This document shows, piece by piece, positions 7,520 to 15,716 of a stretch of DNA of 20,000 bases. The notes under the pieces are model-generated. The model worked only from the letters and a program-made list of their open reading frames with translations. It was not told the DNA's origin and made no database searches. Made by a program: the position numbers and the translations under genes. Origin of the DNA: an uncultured virus (IMG/VR IMGVR_UViG_3300032324_000268) (Duplodnaviria > Heunggongvirae > Uroviricota > Caudoviricetes); IMG/VR virus record IMGVR_UViG_3300032324_000268; one strand, 5' to 3'. The stretch's first letter is position 1, and each line of letters starts with the position of its first letter.

Positions 7520-7638
7520 CTATCCCTCCACCAGTCGCGGATAGCTAACCCGACGAGCGTTGCGAGAAAAATTGTTGTACATATGCCCGATAGGACAAAA
7601 GAAACAAGGATTATGTAACGGATTGTTTCCATAATCAT
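7516..7638 (-). CDS. small membrane protein, 40 aa
   Basis: Not in ORF track; ATGA overlaps on both sides; MIMETIRYIILVSFVLSGICTTIFLATLVGLAIRDWWRDR*. Confidence 0.7.
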   Translation of the reverse strand: MIMETIRYIILVSFVLSGICTTIFLATLVGLAIRDWWRDR

Positions 7639-7862
7639 TTGTGCCTATTCTTTCTGCTCTTCCTAGCGAAGACCTCTTCGGACTTCTTGAATGGCCAAGG
7701 ATTAGATACCTTAAAATTTTTAGGAAATGTGTACGAGACGTAGCTCGTTTTCCCAGAGTTTGTCGTATACCCAGTTGTAGTGAATGTCACACGATGCTTA
7801 CACCAAATCCACAACCAATGGATTCCATACCCCACCAAAGCTCCTAATAGGAAGCCTTTCAT
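7635..7862 (-). CDS. hypothetical protein with N-terminal membrane anchor, 75 aa
   Basis: ATGA overlap; MKGFLLGALVGYGIHWLWIW hydrophobic start; basic tail. Confidence 0.7.
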   Translation of the reverse strand: MKGFLLGALVGYGIHWLWIWCKHRVTFTTTGYTTNSGKTSYVSYTFPKNFKVSNPWPFKKSEEVFARKSRKNRHK

Positions 7863-8092
7863 TTCTTCTCCTCCTCTTTCTGTTTTTGATACGCCTTCAA
7901 GTTACGGTTTTCCCGCATCAAGTTTGCGTTCTCGTATTCGAGATCGGCTAGCATCGTCAAGTGCTCCTGGCACAGAGTCATCAAGCCTTCGATTGTTGAG
8001 TGTGTCTCAATCATACGTTTATGGCATTTTTCCATAACGTCTGTCAAGCCACGATAAAAGTCCCGTAATCGCTCTACTTCTCGGTCACTCAT
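7859..8092 (-). CDS. hypothetical coiled-coil protein, 77 aa
   Basis: Start reassigned to ATG8092 (MSDREVERLRDF), ATGA-coupled to an upstream 36-aa ORF; LEYENANLMRENRNLK heptads. Confidence 0.7.
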   Translation of the reverse strand: MSDREVERLRDFYRGLTDVMEKCHKRMIETHSTIEGLMTLCQEHLTMLADLEYENANLMRENRNLKAYQKQKEEEKK

Positions 8093-8199
8093 ACAATGTT
8101 TTCCTTTTTCATCCAGACACACATCTTTTCCACAGTGTAGTATTTTGTAGAGAAGACTACTGTTGCTGCTCTTCCCGTTCTTTGGTCTGTTGTAATCAT
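8089..8199 (-). CDS. possible 36-aa hypothetical protein
   Basis: Not in ORF track; MITTDQRTGRAATVVFSTKYYTVEKMCVWMKKENIV*; TGA overlaps next ATG. Confidence 0.4.
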   Translation of the reverse strand: MITTDQRTGRAATVVFSTKYYTVEKMCVWMKKENIV

Positions 8200-8258
8200 A
8201 ATATGCTTAAACCACAAGCATCCAAGTTTTACAAATATCCACAATAAAAATCGGTCGA

Positions 8259-8528
8259 TCATTTCTTTTTATGCTCTTTCACTACGTCTGCGATTGCTCT
8301 CTTGATGGCGTAGGCGAACAACTCTTCCCGATCATCCTTGATGAGTTCGAGCCCCATATCCGCCACAAGGTCAACCGTTTCCTCATCTGTGTCCATAACC
8401 ATTTCAACCATATCTACTGGCTTGAATTCTTTTACTACAATCTTACCGATATGCTTTCGGTTTTTTTCTGAGATTTCTGCGTGCTCTTTCTTTACAAACG
8501 CACTGAATTTCTTTTTCTTTTGTTTCAT
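8259..8528 (-). CDS. hypothetical protein, 89 aa (possible ribbon-helix-helix-like C-terminal half)
   Basis: ATGA overlap with upstream gene; strand VEMVMD followed by two predicted amphipathic helices. Confidence 0.7.
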   Translation of the reverse strand: MKQKKKKFSAFVKKEHAEISEKNRKHIGKIVVKEFKPVDMVEMVMDTDEETVDLVADMGLELIKDDREELFAYAIKRAIADVVKEHKKK

Positions 8529-8896
8529 TCGATTTTACCTTTCTTTGTTTTGAATAGTAAGAAAGCCGCACGAACTAAGGCACGCTCCAAGTGATCTACC
8601 GCATCTTCGTTATTTTGGTCTGGGCATGGGCGATTCCCGTCCAACTGCATCATTGCTTGGGAGACGTGATTAACTAACCTATCCGAGTTGTAGCGTCGGC
8701 TGTCGGAATGGAACCATTGGCCGAATGTCGATTTATCGCTACCCCTACCCATTATTCTCAAAATTACAGAAGAGGTCATCTCAATCACTTCTTGTATTTT
8801 TGGGCAGTAAAGTTCCGCACTTGTTTCAATGGCCGGGAGGTTAGACAAAACAGCCGCCGCAGGATCTCCCTGCGTACCATGAGTGGGAACTTCCAT
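8525..8896 (-). CDS. putative dATP/dGTP diphosphohydrolase N-terminal-like (DUF5664-like) protein, 123 aa
   Basis: IM..GSDKS....W.......Y..DRL..H...D.NNE...DHL..A..R..FL resembles the DUF5664 pattern vm..Ga.KY...W...rH...D.esg..HL.ha. Confidence 0.55.
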   Translation of the reverse strand: MEVPTHGTQGDPAAAVLSNLPAIETSAELYCPKIQEVIEMTSSVILRIMGRGSDKSTFGQWFHSDSRRYNSDRLVNHVSQAMMQLDGNRPCPDQNNEDAVDHLERALVRAAFLLFKTKKGKIE

Positions 8897-8901
8897 TTTT
8901 G

Positions 8902-9636
8902 TTATTTCGACAAGTTACGGACGAACTCGATGAACTTCTCATCGTGTTTCGTACCGAGCTTCACTGTCGGAACGTACCAGCTCCCCATAGAGTTTGTACG
9001 TAGCGAGGAAGTCAGTTCGTAGCTTGCAGTATCGATACCAGCACGCAGAGCCAACTGCGAGTCGGTAAAGATCTTCCGACCAGTCTGCTTGTAAGCCGAC
9101 TTGGTGAGAAGCCACTGGGCAAGAGCGTAGTAGTCCTTGCCATACTGGAACGGAAACAAAGCGTGTTCACCGACTGGGCTTTTGACCAGCACAATGCAGG
9201 TCATGGCCTCGGAGTAGCGATCAACACCCTCTTCCGCATCTTGTTCGTTTGCAAGAGCACCACCAGCAGCACGCACATCACGGATGCTGGAGAAGTTCTT
9301 GGGCATCTCACCAGATCCGAAAGGCAGATCTTGGAGGTAGAATTTTGCAACTCGGGTGAGGGTGATGTGGCAGGGTTTCTTCCCGTCACCGATCACGACT
9401 TCCCGATTGTAGAGGAAGCTTCCAGCTGGGAAGCTGTTGGACAGCTCGCCAGTCTTGTTGACTAGGTTGAGCTTGGGGATGGTCAAATCACTGCGGGAGA
9501 ACTCTCCCTGGATCTGGCCGTCCAACCCTTGCACTGCCATTGCGACTTCCGTGCTGGTAGTCTCTTGGACTGCCAGTTCAGTTGTTTCTTGTTTCATTGG
9601 TTGTTTCGTTGTTGGTTTCGCGAATGATGTTTTCAA
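8902..9636 (-). CDS. putative ssDNA-binding/annealing protein, ~231-244 aa
   Basis: Likely start TTG9636 (1 nt after upstream stop) or ATG9597; GEFSRSDLTIPKLNLV...G.F and C-terminal NSMGSWYVP; located between Cas4-like nuclease and PolA as in nuclease-SSB-PolA modules. Confidence 0.55.
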   Translation of the reverse strand: MKTSFAKPTTKQPMKQETTELAVQETTSTEVAMAVQGLDGQIQGEFSRSDLTIPKLNLVNKTGELSNSFPAGSFLYNREVVIGDGKKPCHITLTRVAKFYLQDLPFGSGEMPKNFSSIRDVRAAGGALANEQDAEEGVDRYSEAMTCIVLVKSPVGEHALFPFQYGKDYYALAQWLLTKSAYKQTGRKIFTDSQLALRAGIDTASYELTSSLRTNSMGSWYVPTVKLGTKHDEKFIEFVRNLSK

Positions 9637-9637
9637 T

Positions 9638-10504
9638 TTATTTATTTTCCTTTTTTCGTTGTAGATATTGAATCTCGTTCCCACCTTGCAGAACACCTGC
9701 GTCGTTGAGTCGATCTTCAATCTCCTGTTTTAGCTTCTCCTTAGAACCTCTCGGTGCTTTATCGGAGTATGCTTTCAGAAGTTGTGCGACGGAAACTTCC
9801 GTCACGGAGGCAAACTCTTCTGGAGTCAGCCTATCCTTGACCAGTTCCCACGTGATCTGAGGATCGGAGACACTACGGCGTCCCGCCCTAGATTTCAATT
9901 CAAATCCTGGGATATCTTCACCCGTCTCGAGTGCGTGCTTTAGGTTCTCTTTCTTGACCTTCTCGCACCAAGGCTCAAGCACCCTACGCAGGATTTCGGC
10001 TTTACCTCGAAGGTCTGGAGTCGCCAGTTGCTCTGGGTTGTACAAGTCCAGCAACTCGCCATCTGGTGTGAGGCTGGAGAACTTGCTGGAAATGATGAGA
10101 GCTTTCTTGTGGAGTGCCGTGCATGTGGCTTTTGCTCCGCAGTAAAGACAAGCCCACTCGGTAGGATTAAGTTCTTTAACGTCGTGCTTGGCTCTAGCGA
10201 TGACTGTCGCCACACGCAACTTCATCCGATCCAAATCTACGCTCCTATAGAATGCGTGACGGCTCACCATGTTCAGTCTTGGCTGAGCGAACACCACATC
10301 TACCATTTGGACTTCTGGATATTTTTCGAATACGCCGATTGCGTATGCCCATCCTTGGAGATTATATTCTGCGTCTTCTACCGCAGTCCAACCGAACTTG
10401 GCGTCCCCGATAATTGCTCTGTCACCCTTAACCATTACGATGTCGGCAGTGCCGAACGTCGTTCCGTCTAGGATGGAAAGCTTAAGCTCTTTTTGAATGA
10501 TCAT
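9638..10504 (-). CDS. Cas4/DUF2800-like PD-(D/E)XK exonuclease, catalytic C-terminal part, 288 aa
   Basis: KELKL...FGTAD...IGDAKFG...NLQGWAYAIG...QPR; Fe-S triad CLYCGAKATC; IPGFELK. Confidence 0.85.
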   Translation of the reverse strand: MIIQKELKLSILDGTTFGTADIVMVKGDRAIIGDAKFGWTAVEDAEYNLQGWAYAIGVFEKYPEVQMVDVVFAQPRLNMVSRHAFYRSVDLDRMKLRVATVIARAKHDVKELNPTEWACLYCGAKATCTALHKKALIISSKFSSLTPDGELLDLYNPEQLATPDLRGKAEILRRVLEPWCEKVKKENLKHALETGEDIPGFELKSRAGRRSVSDPQITWELVKDRLTPEEFASVTEVSVAQLLKAYSDKAPRGSKEKLKQEIEDRLNDAGVLQGGNEIQYLQRKKENK

Positions 10505-10751
10505 CTTTTAATTCCTGTTCAAAACTATCGAACAAATCTTTGACCATGTCCACACATCTTTTTTGTTCCTCGTTTAGTTCTGAGTAGTCCCCAGTTTCGA
10601 GAGCCTTGTGCATCATAGTTCCTTCTTCCGCAGCAGCCGAGGAAGGTCCTTCGTCTGGTTGCCACCCAGGGCAAGCCTCTCGATACATTAATTGGGATGG
10701 TGAGAATTTATGATGTGCACTCACTTGTTTGTCGTCTTGTTTTTGTTTCAT
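10482..10751 (-). CDS. Cas4/DUF2800-like exonuclease, N-terminal part, 89 aa
   Basis: HHKFSPSQL....ACPG...AAEEGTMMHKALE is the canonical DUF2800/Cas4 N-terminus; overlaps the C-terminal ORF by 23 nt in a different frame. Confidence 0.85.
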   Translation of the reverse strand: MKQKQDDKQVSAHHKFSPSQLMYREACPGWQPDEGPSSAAAEEGTMMHKALETGDYSELNEEQKRCVDMVKDLFDSFEQELKDDHSKRA

Positions 10752-12013
10752 ATTGTTTCAATGTCTCCGTCGTTTAGGGTTTCTATGTTTTTGAGTTTTG
10801 ATCTGACTTTCTTCATTACTTGTTCCTCAATTGAGTCAGCCGCAAAAATGATCTTTTGTACAGCTTTAGATTTTGCTCCCGCCCTGTGGATTCTCCCCAG
10901 TGCTTGTTTTAAATCAACGGCAGAGTAGGTGGGACATATGAGCGAGCTCCGAGGGCGTCCCAATGTATCGTGAAGCGATACCCCTACTCCGCCACTTTGT
11001 ATCTGGCATACCATTACATGATTTGCGTCACATTGAAAGTCTGCAATCATCCCCTCTCGCTGGTCGTCTGGTTGCCCTCCCCAAATATAGCAAGGGTCTT
11101 TAAACTTTGTAAGCAAAGTGTCAATCGTGTTTCTAAAGTTGCAGAAGATAACTACGCTTCTCTCTTCGTCCAAGAGGGCTTCCGCCAAATCAACCAGAAC
11201 TGGTACACGTATTAATTCTGCCTCTTGCCTAGCCCTTAGTATCTCCGTCATTGGGTTTGGTCGATCCGCGGCCTTGCTAGCTTGTAGTTCCGCAAGCTTT
11301 GCTTGGAGGTCGTCGTAAACCCCTTGCACGTTCCCGCAATCATAGGCTTCCGCAAACACTTCGTTATCTGGGAAAGCGTCTCCGAGTTCCGATATACGTA
11401 TTCTGCTAGCTTTTTCCCCCATCGATTTGTGAATGTTTGCTAGCTTTGATTTGCCACCAAAATAAGCCAACGCACCCCACGGGGCTTTCTTCACTCCGTT
11501 TTTGATACACCACGGAAAGAAGTCCACGTATTTGTGGAGCCCTAGAACAAACCCAGTCGACCGCATATCTAGCGGGTTCGATGCGAATGTGGCTGACAAC
11601 ATAAGCGTATAGAACGGACGGCTCGTCACTAGCATTTTCCCATTAAGGCTGTTTGCTCCCTTGCATTTGTGTACTTCGTCCCAGATGAGCAGAGTATCTT
11701 GCGGTATGTTTGACCATACCCACGCACCTTTCACGAAATCACCAAAACCACTGCTACCAGCCCTTAACTTTTCGTAATTCAAAATAAACATCGGCTCAAC
11801 TCCAGCCCTCTTGCACCAATCTTTCCAGCTTGGGATAACGGCTTTTGGGCAAATGATGCCTACTGGTTTTCCTAGAGTTTTTGCAATCCACACTGCTTTA
11901 GCCGTCTTACCAGTGCCCGTATCGCTCCAGTCGGCAGCAACGTGGTGATCACGCAAACTCTTCAACATATTTTCTGCTGAAGGCTTCTGCCAATCGTACA
12001 AACTAAAACTCAT
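10748..12013 (-). CDS. SNF2-like superfamily 2 DNA helicase, 421 aa
   Basis: Q motif LYDWQ, Walker A DTGTGKT, ICPKAV, LIWDEVH, motif III LSAT, GGVGVSL, motif VI QALGRIHR. Confidence 0.93.
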   Translation of the reverse strand: MSFSLYDWQKPSAENMLKSLRDHHVAADWSDTGTGKTAKAVWIAKTLGKPVGIICPKAVIPSWKDWCKRAGVEPMFILNYEKLRAGSSGFGDFVKGAWVWSNIPQDTLLIWDEVHKCKGANSLNGKMLVTSRPFYTLMLSATFASNPLDMRSTGFVLGLHKYVDFFPWCIKNGVKKAPWGALAYFGGKSKLANIHKSMGEKASRIRISELGDAFPDNEVFAEAYDCGNVQGVYDDLQAKLAELQASKAADRPNPMTEILRARQEAELIRVPVLVDLAEALLDEERSVVIFCNFRNTIDTLLTKFKDPCYIWGGQPDDQREGMIADFQCDANHVMVCQIQSGGVGVSLHDTLGRPRSSLICPTYSAVDLKQALGRIHRAGAKSKAVQKIIFAADSIEEQVMKKVRSKLKNIETLNDGDIETI

Positions 12014-12468
12014 TCAGTCTTTGCTCCGTATTCCAAGATCAAAAGGGCATCAGCGGTTGAAAGTGTTACTGGTATTGTTGGATACAAGTTTTGAGCTTTT
12101 GCTTTTAGCTTGTTTTTCCATTTAGTTCGGTTTCCTTCGCTTGTCCCCAAGCTTAAGAAGCCTTGCCATTTCTGAGGCCGAACCAAAACTATTCTTGCTC
12201 CCAAGCACGTGAGTACGCCTAAAATGAACCCGAAATTCCTTCCAAAAGTGAACATGGCTGACCCCGGCTGAGGTCTTCCAATGTATCCCCCAACTTCCTC
12301 GATGATCACTGTTGGCTTGTCTAGATGGTAATAAATCTCCTTTAGTTTTACTGAAATATCCGTTTCCGTGGGTGGCATCGCTATTGCTCTTGTCCCGTAA
12401 GCCATTTTCCAAGCTATCCCTCCCGATTTCCCCGGATCGATTGCTATTAGTTCTTTTGTTACATTCAT
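12010..12468 (-). CDS. RuvC-like Holliday junction resolvase, 152 aa
   Basis: IAIDPGKSGGIA, VIIEEV, SAMFTFGRNFG, VRPQKWQ, ADALLI: RNase H-fold RuvC/MOC1-type motifs. Confidence 0.88.
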   Translation of the reverse strand: MNVTKELIAIDPGKSGGIAWKMAYGTRAIAMPPTETDISVKLKEIYYHLDKPTVIIEEVGGYIGRPQPGSAMFTFGRNFGFILGVLTCLGARIVLVRPQKWQGFLSLGTSEGNRTKWKNKLKAKAQNLYPTIPVTLSTADALLILEYGAKTE

Positions 12469-12564
12469 CTGTGCCTTTCGATTGTGGTTTAAATTTTCCC
12501 TTCATATTGGGATACGTATGTAAAGACCCACAAGCAGTAGGCAAGAGAAATCTTTTGGGCATGG

Positions 12565-12592
12565 TTGACTAATTAACTAACCTCCATACCCT
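12565..12592 (+). promoter_or_regulatory. sigma70-like promoter, probably leaderless, at the divergence point of the two arms
   Basis: TTGACT(12565-12570)-N16-TACCCT(12587-12592)-N7-GTG12600; no SD. Confidence 0.55.
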
Positions 12593-12599
12593 TTGGTTT

Positions 12600-13910
12600 G
12601 TGCCAGATGTTTATACTACGCCCACGTATCCCACGTACCAAGACAGCGAGAACCGATCGCTCTACAAAATCAATCGGCTTTTGGAGGATAGTTTTGGGAT
12701 GTCCTCTTCTGGAGCGAGTGCGACTGCTTTCTCAACAGACGCTTTTGGACGTCTTCGTTCGTCTACCCCTTTAACGATTTTTGACTCTTCGCATCGCTAT
12801 GCCGACAACAATCTTTGGGCTACATCTGTAGCCACTAGCGGGACATCTACTTTTAACGCAGATCAAGGTTTAGTTGATCTTGCCGTCACCTCCGCCTCCG
12901 GCTCGCAAGTACTTAGAGAAACAACCAAAGTATTCCCATATCAACCTGGCAAATCTCTGCTCGTGATGACTACCTTTGTTATGGCTCCCGCCAAAACTAA
13001 CCTTCGGCAAAGAGTAGGGTATTTCGGCGCACAGAATGGTTTCTATGTCCAATTAGACGGAAGCACTTTAAGTTTTGTAGAACGCTCTTCTGTTACCGGG
13101 TCTGTTGTTTCAAGTCCCGTCGTGCAGTCAAGCTGGAATGGCGACAAACTTGATGGCACTGGCCCCTCGGGTCTTACCCTCGATATTACTAAATCACAAA
13201 TCCTTTGGATGGATCTCGAGTGGCTTGGGGTTGGGTCTGTTCGTTTAGGATTTGTTATTAACGGTCGTTTCGTTCTTTGCCACACATTCCACCACGCCAA
13301 TCTAGTTGCTTCGACCTATATCACCACAGCCAGTCTACCTCTGCGGTATGAGATTACAAACACGGGTGCTACTTCTGGTTCGAGCACTCTTAAACAAATT
13401 TGTTCGACAGTCATTTCTGAAGGTGGTTACGAATTACGTGGCCTACAACAAGCAGTTGGAGTGCCAGTAGGTACTTCAAGAACACTAGGCGCAACAGATG
13501 TTCAGACCCCAATTGTCTCTCTTCGTCTCAAGGCTACGAGACTGGATGCTGTTGTAATTTTGACCGCTATATCAGTTTTGGGGACTGGCAATGGGACTAA
13601 TTTTAATTGGAATGTAAACGCTTCTGGAACAGTCTCTGGTGGAACTTGGGTTGACGCTGGAGTTAATTCTTCCGTCGAGTACAACCTTGGCGGAACCATT
13701 AGTGGTGGCAGAGTCTTGGCTAGTGGTTATTTGCACTCCTCAAATCAAGGAGCCTCTTCTGTCGATATCCTAAAAGAAGCACTATTGAAATTCCAATTGG
13801 AGCGAAATTCTTTTACCTCGACTCCTTTTAACCTATCTCTGACAGCAGCTGGTGGTGGTGGCGGGCAAGGTATTTTCGGCTCTATGGATTGGGAAGAGAT
13901 CAGTCGCTAG
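12600..13910 (+). CDS. putative virion structural protein (DAFGRLR family, lectin-like beta-rich), 436 aa
   Basis: DAFGRLRSS...FDSSHRY, YQPGKS, QSSWNGDKLDGTGPSG, DLEWLGVGSVRLGF, LPLRYEI, C-terminal WEE; pattern recalled from aquatic phage structural proteins; Ser/Thr/Gly-rich. Confidence 0.7.
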   Translation: MPDVYTTPTYPTYQDSENRSLYKINRLLEDSFGMSSSGASATAFSTDAFGRLRSSTPLTIFDSSHRYADNNLWATSVATSGTSTFNADQGLVDLAVTSASGSQVLRETTKVFPYQPGKSLLVMTTFVMAPAKTNLRQRVGYFGAQNGFYVQLDGSTLSFVERSSVTGSVVSSPVVQSSWNGDKLDGTGPSGLTLDITKSQILWMDLEWLGVGSVRLGFVINGRFVLCHTFHHANLVASTYITTASLPLRYEITNTGATSGSSTLKQICSTVISEGGYELRGLQQAVGVPVGTSRTLGATDVQTPIVSLRLKATRLDAVVILTAISVLGTGNGTNFNWNVNASGTVSGGTWVDAGVNSSVEYNLGGTISGGRVLASGYLHSSNQGASSVDILKEALLKFQLERNSFTSTPFNLSLTAAGGGGGQGIFGSMDWEEISR

Positions 13911-13919
13911 TTTAAGTTC

Positions 13920-13947
13920 TTGCTTAAAGCCTTTTTGATTTTACACT
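13920..13947 (+). promoter_or_regulatory. sigma70-like promoter with very short leader, upstream of terL
   Basis: TTGCTT(13920-13925)-N16-TACACT(13942-13947)-N12-GTG13960; no SD. Confidence 0.5.
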
Positions 13948-13959
13948 CCTAGCTCAATC

Positions 13960-15684
13960 GTGAGCCAAGGTTTTCAAAAGTACGGGATTGTCTGGCCGGA
14001 AGGAACCACGGAAGCCACCATCGAGCTTATTGCGTTTCGTGAGGGCTTTGGCCCAGAACGTGGTGGTCTTGGTAAGTACGGCCACTTTCGCAGAGTAGTC
14101 GAGTTGCTTTGGCCTTACGATAAGAAGAAGAACAAGTCTGGTTTTCAATGGAACCCTTGGGCCGAGCGTATCTTTGAGGAAGCCTGCAAGTGGAACTATC
14201 TCGGCATTTCTGGTCCCAAGTCCTCCAGCAAGACGCATTGTATCGGCATCTGGGGTCTGGTTAACTGGTTGGCTGATCCTTTTAATACACTTGTTCTAGT
14301 AACCACTACTTCAGTTCGGGAGGCTAGAAAGCGGATGTGGGGTGTTATCCGTGAACGGCATCTTCAGATCCCAGGACTACCTGGTCGTATTGTTGATTCG
14401 ATGGGTAAACTTATCTTGGACGAGGCTGGAAGCGATCGGTCGAGTATTACGCTTATTCCTTCCGCCAAAGACAAGGAGAAAGAAGCCACCGAGAAGTTGA
14501 TCGGATTAAAGAATAAGAGAGTTCTTTTGCTTGTAGACGAGGCGACAGATGTTTCACCCGCCATCTTCGAAGCCATCCATAACCTAGATTCCAACCCCTA
14601 CTTCCAGTGTATCGCACTTGGGAACTTTGCTTCGGCTTACGACCCATTTGGGCAGTATATCACACCGAAGAATACTTGGAACAGCGTAAATACAGACATG
14701 GAGGGGTGGGAGACTTCCCGAGGATACTGCGTCCATTTAGACGGGGAGAAGTCACCTAATCTATCCGCTGACGATGAATGGCCATTCTTGCTCACAAGCA
14801 AACAGCTTTACGAGGCTCGAGAGTACCAAGGTGAGAATAGTTTGTCGTATTGGCGGTTTATTAGGTCTTTCCCCGCACCAGTCGGTGCCGAACAAAACAT
14901 CTACTCCGAAGCGGAAATCCGAAAGTCTGACGGGGAAGCTATGCCGATATGGGAGAAAGCAGTTCCAACCAAGGTGGCTGGGTTCGATCCTGCGTTTACC
15001 AATGGTGGAGACAGATCGGTCTTGTATATCGGCAGTTTTGGTAAGAGTAATTTGGGATTGCCCACGATTGCGTTTACGAAGTCCTACATTGTCCGTGAAG
15101 ACGCAACAAAAGCTAACGAGCCCAGAAACTTTCAAATTGCTAGGCAAGTAAAAGAGATATGTGAGAAAGAGGGCGTGAGACCAGAGCATCTCGCAATCGA
15201 CGCTACTGGGGCGGGAGATCCGTTCTGCGATATCTTAAGTGAACTTTGGAGCAGTCGAATCTTCCGAGTTAAGTTCGGCGAAAAGCCTACCGAGCTTCCG
15301 ATTAGCGTTATGTCACCCGTTAAGGGCAACGAGAAGTTTGCCAATAGGGTGACCGAGCTTTGGTACGTTGGTGTTGAGTATCTCCGAGGTCAACAACTCA
15401 AAGGCATTACGGCTGAGCTAGCCAGAGAATTGTGTGCTAGAAAGTACAGCACTATGGCTGGTGGTCGACTTGTGGTAGAGCCCAAAAGAGATATGAAGTC
15501 TAGAATGGGAAGATCACCCGATTTGGCCGACGCCGCCCTTCTCTTAGTTGACTTATGTCGTCAAAGGCTTGGTGCTTTGGCTGGTGGCAAATATGCGGCC
15601 GCAAAGAGCGATAGCTGGTTAAAGACTGCCAAGAAGATGGATGTGGCTTCTTTTGGCGATAACCACGTACTAAGTAACTCTTGA
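13960..15684 (+). CDS. terL: terminase large subunit, 574 aa
   Basis: Walker A-like GPKSSSKT, Walker B LLLVDEA, motif III ALGN; nuclease acidic motifs AGFDPAF..GGD, IDATG, SPDLADA; directly upstream of portal-sized gene. Confidence 0.92.
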   Translation: MSQGFQKYGIVWPEGTTEATIELIAFREGFGPERGGLGKYGHFRRVVELLWPYDKKKNKSGFQWNPWAERIFEEACKWNYLGISGPKSSSKTHCIGIWGLVNWLADPFNTLVLVTTTSVREARKRMWGVIRERHLQIPGLPGRIVDSMGKLILDEAGSDRSSITLIPSAKDKEKEATEKLIGLKNKRVLLLVDEATDVSPAIFEAIHNLDSNPYFQCIALGNFASAYDPFGQYITPKNTWNSVNTDMEGWETSRGYCVHLDGEKSPNLSADDEWPFLLTSKQLYEAREYQGENSLSYWRFIRSFPAPVGAEQNIYSEAEIRKSDGEAMPIWEKAVPTKVAGFDPAFTNGGDRSVLYIGSFGKSNLGLPTIAFTKSYIVREDATKANEPRNFQIARQVKEICEKEGVRPEHLAIDATGAGDPFCDILSELWSSRIFRVKFGEKPTELPISVMSPVKGNEKFANRVTELWYVGVEYLRGQQLKGITAELARELCARKYSTMAGGRLVVEPKRDMKSRMGRSPDLADAALLLVDLCRQRLGALAGGKYAAAKSDSWLKTAKKMDVASFGDNHVLSNS

Positions 15685-15707
15685 CGAATATTACGGAGTG
15701 TTAGAGT
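15681..15707 (+). promoter_or_regulatory. sigma70-like promoter (extended -10), near-leaderless; -35 contains terL stop codon
   Basis: TTGACG(15681-15686)-N15-TAGAGT(15702-15707), TG at 15699-15700, N9 to GTG15717. Confidence 0.5.
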
Positions 15708-15716
15708 TAAGAAGCC

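Noticed and set aside
9637..9720. N-terminal extension of the 272-aa ORF in the track
   Set aside because: Overlaps the nuclease gene; TTG9636 or ATG9597 fit the operon spacing.
9638..10751. Cas4-like gene as evidence of a CRISPR system
   Set aside because: No repeat-spacer array or other cas genes in the window; solo Cas4-like nucleases are routine in phage replication modules.
12122..12562. 146-aa minus-strand ORF overlapping the resolvase, and TTGCCT(12544-12539) as its or the arm's promoter
   Set aside because: Shadow frame of a clear RuvC-like gene; no convincing -10 hexamer at 15-18 nt, so the replication-arm promoter is not identified.
12621..12638. 9-bp tandem duplication CCCACGTAT/CCCACGTAC (PTY-PTY)
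   Set aside because: Only two units, in frame; no evidence of phase variation.
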